Counted from the first letter of the stretch, positions 30,001 through 42,764 are shown. The stretch is 64,000 bases of DNA from Eledone cirrhosa (GCA_964016885.1 OZ024741.1:397172001-397236000), one strand, 5' to 3'. Numbers and translations are program-made. The notes: generated from the letters alone by a model not told the origin.

Positions 30001-33000
30001 TGACTGACTGTGGTCATTGGAGCACTTTGGCTGCCTCATTGGTCTCAAGACATAGATGTAACTGACCGTGGTCATTAGAGCACTTTGGCTGCCTCATGTG
30101 TCTCAAGACATAGATGTAACTGACCGTGGTCATTGGAGCACTTTGGCTGCCTCATGTGTCTCAAGACATAGATGTAACTGACCGTGGTCATTAGAGCACT
30201 TTGGCTGCCTCATGTGTCTCAAGACATAGATGTAACTGACTGTGGTCATTGGAGCACTTTGGCTGCCTCATGTGTCTCAAGACATAGATATAACTGACGT
30301 TGTCATTGGAGCACTTTGGCTGCCTCTGTGTCTCAAGACATAGATGTAACTGACGTGGTCATTGGAGCACTTTGGCTGCCTCATGTGTCTCAAGACATAG
30401 ATGTAACTGACTGTGGTCATTGGAGCACTTTGGCTGGCTCATGTGTCTCAAGACATAGATGTAACTGACCGTGGTCATTAGAGCACTTTGGCTGCCTCAT
30501 GTGTCTCAAGACATAGATGTAACTGACCGTGGTCATTGGAGCACTTTGGCTGCCTCATGTGTCTCAAGACATAGATGTAACTGACCGTGGTCATTAGAGC
30601 ACTTTGGCTGCCTCATGTGTCTTAAGACATAGATGTAACTGACGTGGTCATTGAATCACTTTGGCTGCCTCATGTGTCTCAAGACATAGATGTAACTGAC
30701 AGTGGTCATTGGAGCACTTTGGCTGCTCCATGTGTCTCAAGACATAGATGTAACTGACGTGGTCATTAGAGCACTTTGGCTGCCTCATGTGTCTCAAGAC
30801 ATAGATGTAACTGACCATGGTCATTAGAGCACTTTGGCTGCCTCATGTGTCTCAAGACATAGATGTAACTGACCGTGGTCATTGGAGCACTTTGGCTGCC
30901 TCATGTGTCTCAAGACATAGATATAACTGACGTGGTCATTGGAGCACTTTGGCTGCCTCATGTGTCTCAAGACATAGATGTAACTGACCGTGGTCATTAG
31001 AGCACTTTGGCTGCCTCATGTGTCTCAAGACATAGATGTAACTGACCGTGGTCATTAGAGCACTTTGGCTGCCTCATGTGTCTTAAGACATAGTTGTAAC
31101 TGACGTGGTCATTGGATCACTTTGGCTGCCTCATGTGTCTCAAGACATAGATGTAACTGACAGTGGTCATTGGAGCACTTTGGCTGCCTCATGTGTCTCA
31201 AGACATAGATGTAACTGACCGTGGTCATTAGATCACTTTGGCTGCCTCATGTGTCTCAAGACATAGATGTAACTGGCCGTGGTCATTGGAGCACTTTGGC
31301 TGCCTCATGGGTCTCAAGACATAGATGTAACTGACCGTGGTCATTAGAGCACTTTGGCTGCCTCATGTGTCTCAAGACATAGATGTAACTGACGTGGTCA
31401 TTGGAGCACTTTGGCTGCCTCATGTGTCTCAAGACATAGATGTAACTGACCGTGGTCATTAGAGCACTTTGGCTGCCTCATGTGTCTCAAGACATAGATG
31501 TAACTGACCGTGGTCATTGGAGCACTTTGGCTGCTCCATGTGTCCCAAGACATAGATGTAACTGACGTGGTCATTAGAGCACTTTGGCTGCCTCATGTGT
31601 CTCAAGACATAGATGTAACTGACCGTGGTCATTAGAGCACTTTGGCTGCCTCATGTGTCTCAAGACATAGATGTAACTGACCGTGGTCATTGGAGCACTT
31701 TGGCTGCCTCATGTGTCTCAAGACATAGATATAACTGACGTGGTCATTGGAGCACTTTGGCTGCCTCATGTGTCTCAAGACATAGATGTGACTGACTGTG
31801 GTCATTGGAGCACTTTGGCTGCCTCATGTGTCTCAAGACATAGATGTAACTGACCGTGGTCATTAGAGCACTTTGGCTGCCTCATGTGTCTCAAGACATA
31901 GATGTAACTGACCGTGGTCATTGGAGCACTTTGGCTGCCTCATGTGTCTCAAGACATAGATGTAACTGACCGTGGTCATTAGAGCACTTTGGCTGCCTCA
32001 TGTGTCTCAAGACATAGATGTAACTGACTGTGGTCATTGGAGCACCTTGGCTGCCTCATGTGTCTCAAGACATAGATGTAACTGACCGTGGTCATTAGAG
32101 CAATTTGGCTGCCTCATGTGTCTCAAGACATAGATGTAACTGACCGTGGTCATTAGAGCACTTTGGCTGCCTCATGTGTCTCAAGACATAGATGTAACTG
32201 ACCGTGGTCATTGGAGCACTTTGGCTGCCTCATGTGTCTCAAGACATAGATGTGACTGACTGTGGTCATTGGAGCACTTTGGCTGCCTCATGTGTCTCAA
32301 GACATAGATGTAACTGACCGTGGTCATTAGAGCACTTTGGCTGCCTCATGTGTCTCAAGACATAGATGTAACTGACCGTGGTCATTGGAGCACTTTGGCT
32401 GCTCCATGTGTCTCAAGACATAGATGTAACTGACGTGGTCATTAGAGCACTTTGGCTGCCTCATGTGTCTTAAGACATAGATGTAACTGACGTGGTCATT
32501 GAATCACTTTGGCTGCCTCATGTGTCTCAAGACATAGATGTAACTGACAGTGGTCATTGGAGCACTTTGGCTGCTCCGTGTGTCTCAAGACATAGATGTA
32601 ACTGACGTGGTCATTAGAGCACTTTGGCTGCCTCATGTGTCTCAAGACATAGATGTAACTGACCGTGGTCATTAGAGCACTTTGGCTGCCTCATGTGTCT
32701 CAAGACATAGATGTAACTGACCGTGGTCATTAGAGCACTTTGGCTGCCTCATGTGTCTCAAGACATAGATGTAACTGACTGTGGTCATTGGAGCACCTTG
32801 GCTGCCTCATGTGTCTCAAGACATAGATGTAACTGACCGTGGTCATTAGAGCACTTTGGCTGCCTCATGTGTCTCAAGACATAGATGTAACTGACCGTGG
32901 TCATTAGAGCACTTTGGCTGCCTCATGTGTCTCAAGACATAGATGTAACTGACCGTGGTCATTGGAGCACTTTGGCTGCCTCATGTGTCTCAAGACATAG

Positions 33001-36000
33001 ATATAACTGACATTGTCATTGGAGCACTTTGGCTGCCTCTGTGTCTCAAGACATAGATGTAACTGACTGTGGTCATTGGAGCACTTTGGCTGGCTCATGT
33101 GTCTCAAGACATAGATGTAACTGACCGTGGTCATTAGAGCACTTTGGCTGCCTCATGTGTCTCAAGACATAGATGTAACTGACCGTGGTCATTGGAGCAC
33201 GTTGGCTGCCTCATGTGTCTCAAGACATAGATGTAACTGACCGTGGTCATTAGAGCACTTTGGCTGCCTCATGTGTCTCAAGACATAGATGTAACTGACG
33301 TGGTCATTGGAGCACTTTGGCTGCCTCATGTGTCTCAAGACATAGATGTAACTGACTGTGGTCATTGGAGCACTTTGGCTGGCTCATGTGTCTCAAGACA
33401 TAGATGTAACTGACCGTGGTCATTAGAGCACTTTGGCTGCCTCATGTGTCTCAAGACATAGATGTAACTGACCGTGGTCATTGGAGCACTTTGGCTGCCT
33501 CATGTGTCTCAAGACATAGATGTAACTGACCGTGGTCATTAGAGCACTTTGGCTGCCTCATGTGTCTTAAGACATAGATGTAACTGACGTGGTCATTGAA
33601 TCACTTTGGCTGCCTCATGTGTCTCAAGACATAGATGTAACTGACAGTGGTCATTGGAGCACTTTGGCTGCTCCATGTGTCTCAAGACATAGATGTAACT
33701 GACGTGGTCATTAGAGCACTTTGGCTGCCTCATGTGTCTCAAGACATAGATGTAACTGACCATGGTCATTAGAGCACTTTGGCTGCCTCATGTGTCTCAA
33801 GACATAGATGTAACTGACCGTGGTCATTGGAGCACTTTGGCTGCCTCATGTGTCTCAAGACATAGATATAACTGACGTGGTCATTGGAGCACTTTGGCTG
33901 CCTCATGTGTCTCAAGACATAGATGTAACTGACCGTGGTCATTAGAGCACTTTGGCTGCCTCATGTGTCTCAAGACATAGATGTAACTGACCGTGGTCAT
34001 TAGAGCACTTTGGCTGCCTCATGTGTCTTAAGACATAGATGTAACTGACGTGGTCATTGGATCACTTTGGCTGCCTCATGTGTCTCAAGACATAGATGTA
34101 ACTGACAGTGGTCATTGGAGCACTTTGGCTGCCTCATGTGTCTCAAGACATAGATGTAACTGACCGTGGTCATTAGAGCACTTTGGCTGCCTCATGTGTC
34201 TCAAGACATAGATGTAACTGACCGTGGTCATTGGAGCACTTTGGCTGCCTCATGTGTCTCAAGACATAGATGTAACTGACCGTGGTCATTAGAGCACTTT
34301 GGCTGCCTCATGTGTCTCAAGACATAGATGTAACTGACGTGGTCATTGGAGCACTTTGGCTGCCTCATGTGTCTCAAGACATAGATGTAACTGACCGTGG
34401 TCATTAGAGCACTTTGGCTGCCTCATGTGTCTCAAGACATAGATGTAACTGACCGTGGTCATTGGAGCACTTTGGCTGCTCCATGTGTCCCAAGACATAG
34501 ATGTAACTGACGTGGTCATTAGAGCACTTTGGCTGCCTCATGTGTCTCAAGACATAGATGTAACTGACCGTGGTCATTAGAGCACTTTGGCTGCCTCATG
34601 TGTCTCAAGACATAGATGTAACTGACCGTGGTCATTGGAGCACTTTGGCTGCCTCATGTGTCTCAAGACATAGATATAACTGACGTGGTCATTGGAGCAC
34701 TTTGGCTGCCTCATGTGTCTCAAGACATAGATGTGACTGACTGTGGTCATTGGAGCACTTTGGCTGCCTCATGTGTCTCAAGACATAGATGTAACTGACC
34801 GTGGTCATTAGAGCACTTTGGCTGCCTCATGTGTCTCAAGACATAGATGTAACTGACCGTGGTCATTGGAGCACTTTGGCTGCCTCATGTGTCTCAAGAC
34901 ATAGATGTAACTGACCGTGGTCATTAGAGCACTTTGGCTGCCTCATGTGTCTCAAGACATAGATGTAACTGACTGTGGTCACTGGAGCACCTTGGCTGCC
35001 TCATGTGTCTCAAGACATAGATGTAACTGACCGTGGTCATTAGAGCACTTTGGCTGCCTCATGTGTCTCAAGACATAGATGTAACTGACCGTGGTCATTA
35101 GAGCACTTTGGCTGCCTCATGTGTCTCAAGACATAGATGTAACTGACCGTGGTCATTGGAGCACTTTGACTGCCTCATGTGTCTCAAGACATAGATATAA
35201 CTGACGTTGTCATTGGAGCACTTTGGCTGCCTCTGTGTCTCAAGACATAGATGTAACTGACTGTGGTCATTGGAGCACTTTGGCTGGCTCATGTGTCTCA
35301 AGACATAGATGTAACTGACCGTGGTCATTAGAGCACTTTGGCTGCCTCATGTGTCTCAAGACATAGATGTAACTGACCGTGGTCATTGGAGCACTTTGGC
35401 TGCCTCATGTTTCTCAAGACATAGATGTAACTGACCGTGGTCATTAGAGCACTTTGGCTGCCGCATGTGTCTTAAGACATAGATGTAACTGACGTGGTCA
35501 TTGAATCACTTTGGCTGCCTCATGTGTCTCAAGACATAGATGTAACTGACAGTGGTCATTGGAGCACTTTGGCTGCTCCATGTGTCTCAAGACATAGATG
35601 TAACTGACGTGGTCATTAGAGCACTTTGGCTGCCTCATGTGTCTCAAGACATAGATGTAACTGACCGTGGTCATTAGAGCACTTTGGCTGCCTCATGTGT
35701 CTCAAGACATAGATGTAACTGACCGTGGTCATTGGAGCACTTTGGCTGCCTCATGTGTCTCAAGACATAGATGTAACTGACCGTGGTCATTAGAGCACTT
35801 TGGCTGCCTCATGTGTCTCAAGACATAGATGTAACTGACCGTGGTCATTGGAGCACTTTGGCTGCCTCATGTGTCTCAAGACATAGATATAACTGACGTT
35901 GTCATTGGAGCACTTTGGCTGCCTCTGTGTCTCAAGACATAGATGTAACTGACTGTGGTCATTGGAGCACTTTGGCTGGCTCATGTGTCTCAAGACATAG

Positions 36001-39000
36001 ATGTAACTGACCGTGGTCATTGGAGCACTTTGGCTGCCTCATGTGTCTCAAGACATAGATATAACTGACGTGGTCATTGGAGCACTTTGGCTGCCTCATG
36101 TGTCTCAAGACATAGATGTAACTGACCGTGGTCATTGGAGCACTTTGGCTGCCTCATGTGTCTCAAGACATAGATGTAACTGACCGTGGTCATTAGAGCA
36201 CTTTGGCTGCCTCATGTGTCTCAAGACATAGATGTAACTGACGTGGTCATTGGAGCACTTTGGCTGCCTCATGTGTCTCAAGACATAGATGTAACTGACG
36301 TGGTCATTGGAGCACTTTGGCTGCCTCATGTGTCTCAAGACATAGATGTAACTGACGTGGTCATTGGATCACTTTGGCTGCCTCATGTCCCAAGACATAG
36401 ATGTAACTGACCGTGGTCATTAGAGCACTTTGGCTGGCTCATGTGTCTCAAGACATAGATGTAACTGACCGTGGTCATTGGAGCACTTTGGCTGCTCCAT
36501 GTGTCTCAAGACATAGATGTAACTGACGTGGTCATTAGAGCACTCTGGCTGCCTCATGTGTCACAAGACATAGATGTAACTGACCGTGGTCATTAGAGCA
36601 CTTTGGCTGCCTCATGTGTCTCAAGACATAGATGTAACTGACCGTGGTCATTAGAGCACTTTGGCTGCCTCATGTGTCTCAAGACATAGATGTAACTGAC
36701 CGTGGTCATTAGAGCACTTTGGCTGCCTCATGTGCCTCAAGACATAGATGTAACTGACCGTGGTCATTAGAGCACTATGGCTGCCTCATGTGTCTCAAGA
36801 CATAGATGTAACTGACCGTGGTCATTAGAGCACTTTGGCTGCCTCATGTGTCTCAAGACATAGATGTAACTGACCGTGGTCATTGGAGCACTTTGGCTGC
36901 CTCATGTGTCTCAAGACATAGATATAACTGACGTGGTCATTGGAGCACTTTGGCTGCCTCATGTGTCTCAAGACATAGATGTAACTGACTGTGGTCATTG
37001 GAGCACTTTGGCTGCCTCATGTGTCTCAAGACATAGATGTAAATGACCGTGGTCATTGGAGCACTTTGGCTGCCTCGTGTGTCTCAAGACATAGATGTAA
37101 CTGACGTCGTCATTGGAGCACTTTGGCTGCCTCATGTGTCTCAAGACATAGATATAACTGACGTGGTCATTGGAGCACTTTGGCTGCCTCATGTGTCTCA
37201 AGACATAGATGTAACTGACTGTGGTCATTGGAGCACTTTGGCTGCCTCATGTGTCTCAAGACATAGATGTAACTGACCGTGGTCATTGGAGCACTTTGGC
37301 TGCCTCATGTGTCTCAAGACATAGATATAACTGACGTGGTCATTGGAGCACTTTGGCTGCCTCATGTGTCTCAAGACATAGATGTAACTGACCGTGGTCA
37401 TTAGAGCACTTTGGCTGCCTCATGTGTCTCAAGACATAGATGTAACTGACCGTGGTCATTAGAGCACTTTGGCTGCCTCATGTGTCTCAAGACATAGATG
37501 TAACTGACCGTGGTCATTAAAGCACTTTGGCTGCCTCATGTGTCTCAAGACATAGATGTAACTGACCGTGGTCATTAGAGCACTTTGAGTGGCTCTTGAG
37601 TCTCAAGACATAGATGTAACTGACTATGGTCATTGGAGCACTTTGGCTGCTTCATGTGTCTCAAGACATAGATGTAACTGACCGTGGTCATTGGAGCACT
37701 TTGGCTGCCTCATGTGTCTCAAGACATAGATGTAACTGACCGTGGTCATTAGAGCACTTTGGCTGCCTCATGTGTCTCAAGACATAGATGTAACTGACCG
37801 TGGTCACTGGAGCACTTTGGCTGCCTCATGTGTCTCAAGACATAGATGTAACTGACCATGGTCATTAGAGCACTTTGGCTGCCTCATGTGTCTCAAGACA
37901 TAGATGTAACTGACCGTGGTCATTGGAGCACTTTGTCTGCCTCATGTGTCTCAAGTCATAGATGTAACTGACCGTGGTCATTGGAGCACTTTGGCTGCCT
38001 CATGTGTCTCAAGACATAGATGTAACTGACCGTGGTCATTAGAGCACTTTGGCTGCCTCATGTGTCTCAAGACATAGATGTAACTGACCGTGGTCATTGG
38101 AGCACTTTGGCTGCTCCATATGTCCCAAGACATAGATGTAACTGACGTGGTCATTAGAGCACTTTGGCTGCCTCATGTGTCTCAAGACATAGATGTAACT
38201 GACCGTGGTCATTAGAGCACTTTGGCTGCCTCATGTGTCTCAAGACATAGATGTAACTGACCGTGGTCATTGGAGCACTTTGGCTGCCTCATGTGTCTCA
38301 AGACATAGATATAACTGACGTGGTCATTGGAGCACTTTGGCTGCCTCATGTGTCTCAAGACATAGATGTGACTGACTGTGGTCATTGGAGCACTTTGGCT
38401 GCCTCATGTGTCTCAAGACATAGATGTAACTGACCGTGGTCATTAGAGCACTTTGGCTGCCTCATGTGTCTCAAGACATAGATGTAACTGACCGTGGTCA
38501 TTGGAGCACTTTGGCTGCCTCATGTGTCTCAAGACATAGATGTAACTGACCGTGGTCATTAGAGCACTTTGGCTGCCTCATGTGTCTCAAGACATAGATG
38601 TAACTGACTGTGGTCATTGGAGCACTTTGGCTGCCTCATGTGTCTCAAGACATAGATATAACTGACGTTGTCATTGGAGCACTTTGGCTGCCTCTGTGTC
38701 TCAAGACATAGATGTAACTGACTGTGGTCATTGGAGCACTTTGGCTGCCTCATGTGTCTCAAGACATAGATGTAACTGACCGTGGTCATTAGAGCACTTT
38801 GGCTGCCTCATGTGTCTCAAGACATAGATGTAACTGACCGTGGTCATTAGAGCACTTTGGCTGCCTCATGTGTCTCAAGACATAGATGTAACTGACCGTG
38901 GTCATTAGAGCACTTTGGCTGCCTCATGTGTCTCAAGACATAGATGTAACTGACCGTGGTCATTAAAGCACTTTGGCTGCCTCATGTGTCTCAAGACATA

Positions 39001-40736
39001 GATGTAACTGACCGTGGTCATTAGAGCACTTTGAGTGGCTCTTGAGTCTCAAGACATAGATGTAACTGACTATGGTCATTGGAGCACTTTGGCTGCTTCA
39101 TGTGTCTCAAGACATAGATGTAACTGACCGTGGTCATTGGAGCACTTTGGCTGCCTCATGTGTCTCAAGACATAGATGTAACTGACCGTGGTCATTAGAG
39201 CACTTTGGCTGCCTCATGTGTCTCAAGACATAGATGTAACTGACCGTGGTCATTGGAGCACTTTGGCTGCCTCATGTGTCTCAAGACATAGATGTAACTG
39301 ACCATGGTCATTAGAGCACTTTGGCTGCCTCATGTGTCTCAAGACATAGATGTAACTGACCGTGGTCATTAGAGCACTTTGGCTGCCTCATGTGTCTCAA
39401 GACATAGATGTAACTGACCGTGGTCATTAAAGCACTTTGGCTGCCTCATGTGTCTCAAGACATAGATGTAACTGACCGTGGTCATTAGAGCACTTTGAGT
39501 GGCTCTTGAGTCTCAAGACATAGATGTAACTGACTATGGTCATTGGAGCACTTTGGCTGCTTCATGTGTCTCAAGACATAGATGTAACTGACCGTGGTCA
39601 TTGGAGCACTTTTGCTGCCTCATGTGTCTCAAGACATAGATGTAACTGACCGTGGTCATTAGAGCACTTTGTCTGCCTCATGTGTCTCAAGACATAGATG
39701 TAACTGACCGTGGTCATTGGAGCACTTTGGCTGCCTCATGTGTCTCAAGACATAGATGTAACTGACCATGGTCATTAGAGCACTTTGGCTGCCTAATGTG
39801 TCTCAAGACATAGATGTAACTGACCGTGGTCATTGGAGCACTTTGGCTGCCTCATGTGTCTCAAGTCATAGATGTAACTGACCGTGGTCATTAGAGCACT
39901 TTGGGTGGCTGTTGAGTCTCAAGACATAGATGTAACTGACCGTGGTCATTAGAGCACTTTGGCTGCCTCATGTGTCTCAAGAGATAGATGTAACTGACTG
40001 TGGTCATTGGAGCACTTTGGCTGCCTCGTGTGTCTCAAGAGATAGATGTAACTGACCGTGGTCATTAGAGCACTTTGGCTGCTTCATGTGTCTCAAGACA
40101 TAGATGTAACTGACTGTGGTCATTGGAGCACTTTGGCTGCCTCATGTGTCTCAAGAGATAGATGTAACTGACTGTGGTCATTGGAGCACTTTGGCTGCCT
40201 CATGTGTCTCAAGACATAGATGTAACTGACCGTAGTCATTAGAGCACTTTGGCTGCTTCATGTGTCTCAAGACATAGATGTAACTGACCGTGGTCATTAG
40301 AGCACTTTGGCTGCCTCATGTGTCTCAAGACATAGATGTAACTGACTGTGGTCATTGGAGCACTTTGGCTGCCTCATGTGTCTCAAGACATAGATGTAAC
40401 TGACCGTGGTCATTAGAGCACTTTGGCTGCCTCATATGTCTCAAGACATAGATGTAACTGACTGTGGTCATTGGAGCACTTTGGCTGCCTCATGTGTCTC
40501 AAGACATAGATGTAACTGACCGTGGTCATTAGAGCACTTTGGCTGCCTCATGTGTCTCAAGACATAGATGTAACTGACTGTGGTCATTGGAGCACTTTGG
40601 CTGCCTCATGTGTCTCAAGACATAGATGTAACTGACCGTGGTCATTAGAGCACTTTGGCTGCCTCATGTGTCTCAAGACATAGATGTAACTGACTGTGGT
40701 CATTGGAGCACTTTGGCTGCTTCATGTGTCTCAAGA
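1..40736. repeat. 58-bp satellite array (about 700 monomers; 57-bp variant common), open at the window's left edge
   Basis: Head-to-tail consensus ACTGACCGTGGTCATT(G/A)GAGCACTTTGGCTGCCTCATGTGTCTCAAGACATAGATGTA, mostly 0-3 differences per unit, no spacers; ends at ...TCTCAAGA 40736. Confidence 0.99.
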
Positions 40737-41059
40737 TCATTAACCCAGGCACCTTCATTATAAAATATGTCACTCTGTTATATTCCAGCTTGTTCCGTCA
40801 CCATGGCACCCGAAATTGCAGGTTGAGTCACGAATAAGTACGAAATAGAAACAAAATACTTTTATGTTGTTTGTTTTATGGGTACAAGGAAGAATGAGAT
40901 CAGTGGTTGTGGTCATTTGTAGCACCTCAAATATAGGAGTGGGGTAGAGAGGAAGACAACACACCTGTGTTAATAGGTACGATATGAATATATCAAGGTA
41001 ATTGCTAGACTATAGACATGATCTGAATACATGTAATGGTGTGGGCTCTGTATAGAAGT
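40737..41059. other. Unique island A (copy 1), duplicated at 52740-53062
   Basis: Non-repetitive AT-rich sequence; matches the second copy at offset 12003, with one substitution seen by eye (TGTATAG vs TGTCTAG). Confidence 0.95.
40789..40821 (+). other. Candidate 33-nt exon (second copy 52792-52824)
   Basis: Acceptor-like CTCTGTTATATTCCAG|, internal Kozak-like ACCATGG (ATG 40803), weak donor CAG|GTTGAG. No homology recognised. Confidence 0.15.
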
Positions 41060-41700
41060 CACGAAGGACCAGTGAAGTGGCGCCAAAGAGGACCAAATGG
41101 AGTGGCACTAAGGAGGAGCAGTCAGGTGGCACCTAAGAGCTGTAGAGTGAATCCAAGGCGGAGCAGTGAGGTGGCACCAAAGAGCAATAGAGTGACTCCA
41201 AGGCGGAGCATTGAGGTGGCACCTAAGAGCAGTAGATTGACTCCAAGGCGGAGCAGTGAGGTGGCACCAAAGGGCAGTAGAGTGCCACCAAGGAGAAGCA
41301 GGGAGGTGGCACCAAATGGCAGAGGAGTGACTCCAAGGTGAAACAGTGAGGTGACACCAAAGGGCAGACGAGAGACTCCAAGGCGGAGCAGTGAGGTGGA
41401 AGCAAAGGGCACAAGTGTGCCACCAAGGAGAAGCAGTGAGGTAGCACCAAGTGGAGAGGCAGTGAGGGGCACCAAAGTGCAGTAGAGTGACTCCAAGGCG
41501 GGGCAGTGAGGTGGCACCAAAGGGCAGTAGAGTGACTCCAAGGCGGGGCAGTGAGGTGGCACCAAAGAGCAGTAGAGTGACTCCAAGGCGGAGCAGTGAG
41601 GTGGCACCAAAGGGCAGTAGAGTGACTCCAAGGCGGAGCAGTGAGGTGGCACCAAAGGGCAGTAGAGTGACTCCAAGGCGGAGCAGTGAGGTGGCACCAA
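41060..41700. repeat. 45-bp purine-rich minisatellite (about 13 units, degenerate at left)
   Basis: Consensus AAGGGCAGTAGAGTGACTCCAAGGCGGAGCAGTGAGGTGGCACCA; one truncated unit near 41450. Confidence 0.97.
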
Positions 41701-41870
41701 ATGTACCCCTCGCCATCAGCCGGAGTCCAGAGGTCGAGGCTAAGTTAGTTGGAGGTGGAGGATACTCGTTCAGACGTCACATTCGTACATGTATTGAGTG
41801 CAATTTTTTTAACTGTTGTATAAATAGGAATCTGCACAGAACTACTTCTCTCCGAATCTAACAACCATAT

Positions 41871-41920
41871 ACTACTACCACAACTACTACTACCACTACT
41901 ACTACTATTACTACTACTAC

Positions 41921-41955
<35 letters not shown>

Positions 41956-42046
41956 ATACCACAACTACTACTACCACTACTACTACTACTACTACCACTA
42001 CTACCACAACTACTACTACCACTACTACTACTATTACTACTACTAC

Positions 42047-42078
<32 letters not shown>

Positions 42079-42202
42079 ATACCACAACTACTACTACTAC
42101 TACTACTACTACTAATACCACAACTACTACTACCACTACTACTACTACTACTACCACTACTACTGCTACTACTATCACTAACTACTACTACTACTACTAC
42201 TA

Positions 42203-42233
<31 letters not shown>

Positions 42234-42236
42234 CAT

Positions 42237-42280
<44 letters not shown>

Positions 42281-42443
42281 TTACTACTACTACTACTACT
42301 ACTACTCCCACTACATCTACTACCACTACTACTACTACTACTACCACTACTACTACCACCACCACCACCACCACCACCACCACTACTACTACTACCACCA
42401 CTACTACTACCACTACTACCGCTACTACTACTACTACTACTAC

Positions 42444-42475
<32 letters not shown>

Positions 42476-42523
42476 ATACCACAACTACTACTACTACTAC
42501 TACTACTAATACCACAACTAATA

Positions 42524-42556
<33 letters not shown>

Positions 42557-42641
42557 TTACTACTACTACTACTACCACTACTACTGCTACTACTACTACC
42601 ACAACTACTACTACTACTACTACTACCACTACTACCACTAC

Positions 42642-42674
<33 letters not shown>

Positions 42675-42678
42675 CACA

Positions 42679-42712
<34 letters not shown>

Positions 42713-42727
42713 ATACCACAACTACTA

Positions 42728-42764
<37 letters not shown>

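Noticed and set aside
6074-38789. 60-134 aa ORFs in the 58-bp satellite (VSYIYVLRHMRQPKCSNDH / DVTDVVIGALWLPHVSQDI)
   Set aside because: They appear where 57-bp units happen to preserve frame; the dominant 58-bp unit shifts frame and brings stops.
1-40736. CRISPR array
   Set aside because: Monomers are contiguous and near-identical over their full length; no unique spacers, leader or cas genes.
1-40736. miR-430-like tandem miRNA gene cluster on the - strand (CAAAGTGCTC...)
   Set aside because: No complementary arm to form a ~60-70 nt pre-miRNA hairpin was seen; only 5-bp local dyads.
40770-40964. 64-aa minus-strand ORF in island A (copy at 52773)
   Set aside because: GTG start, no recognisable domain; identity between copies only reflects recent duplication.
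41108-41716. Minus-strand 192-218 aa ORFs over the 45-mer (both copies)
   Set aside because: All three minus frames of the unit lack stops, and the ORFs switch repeat phase midway; artefact.
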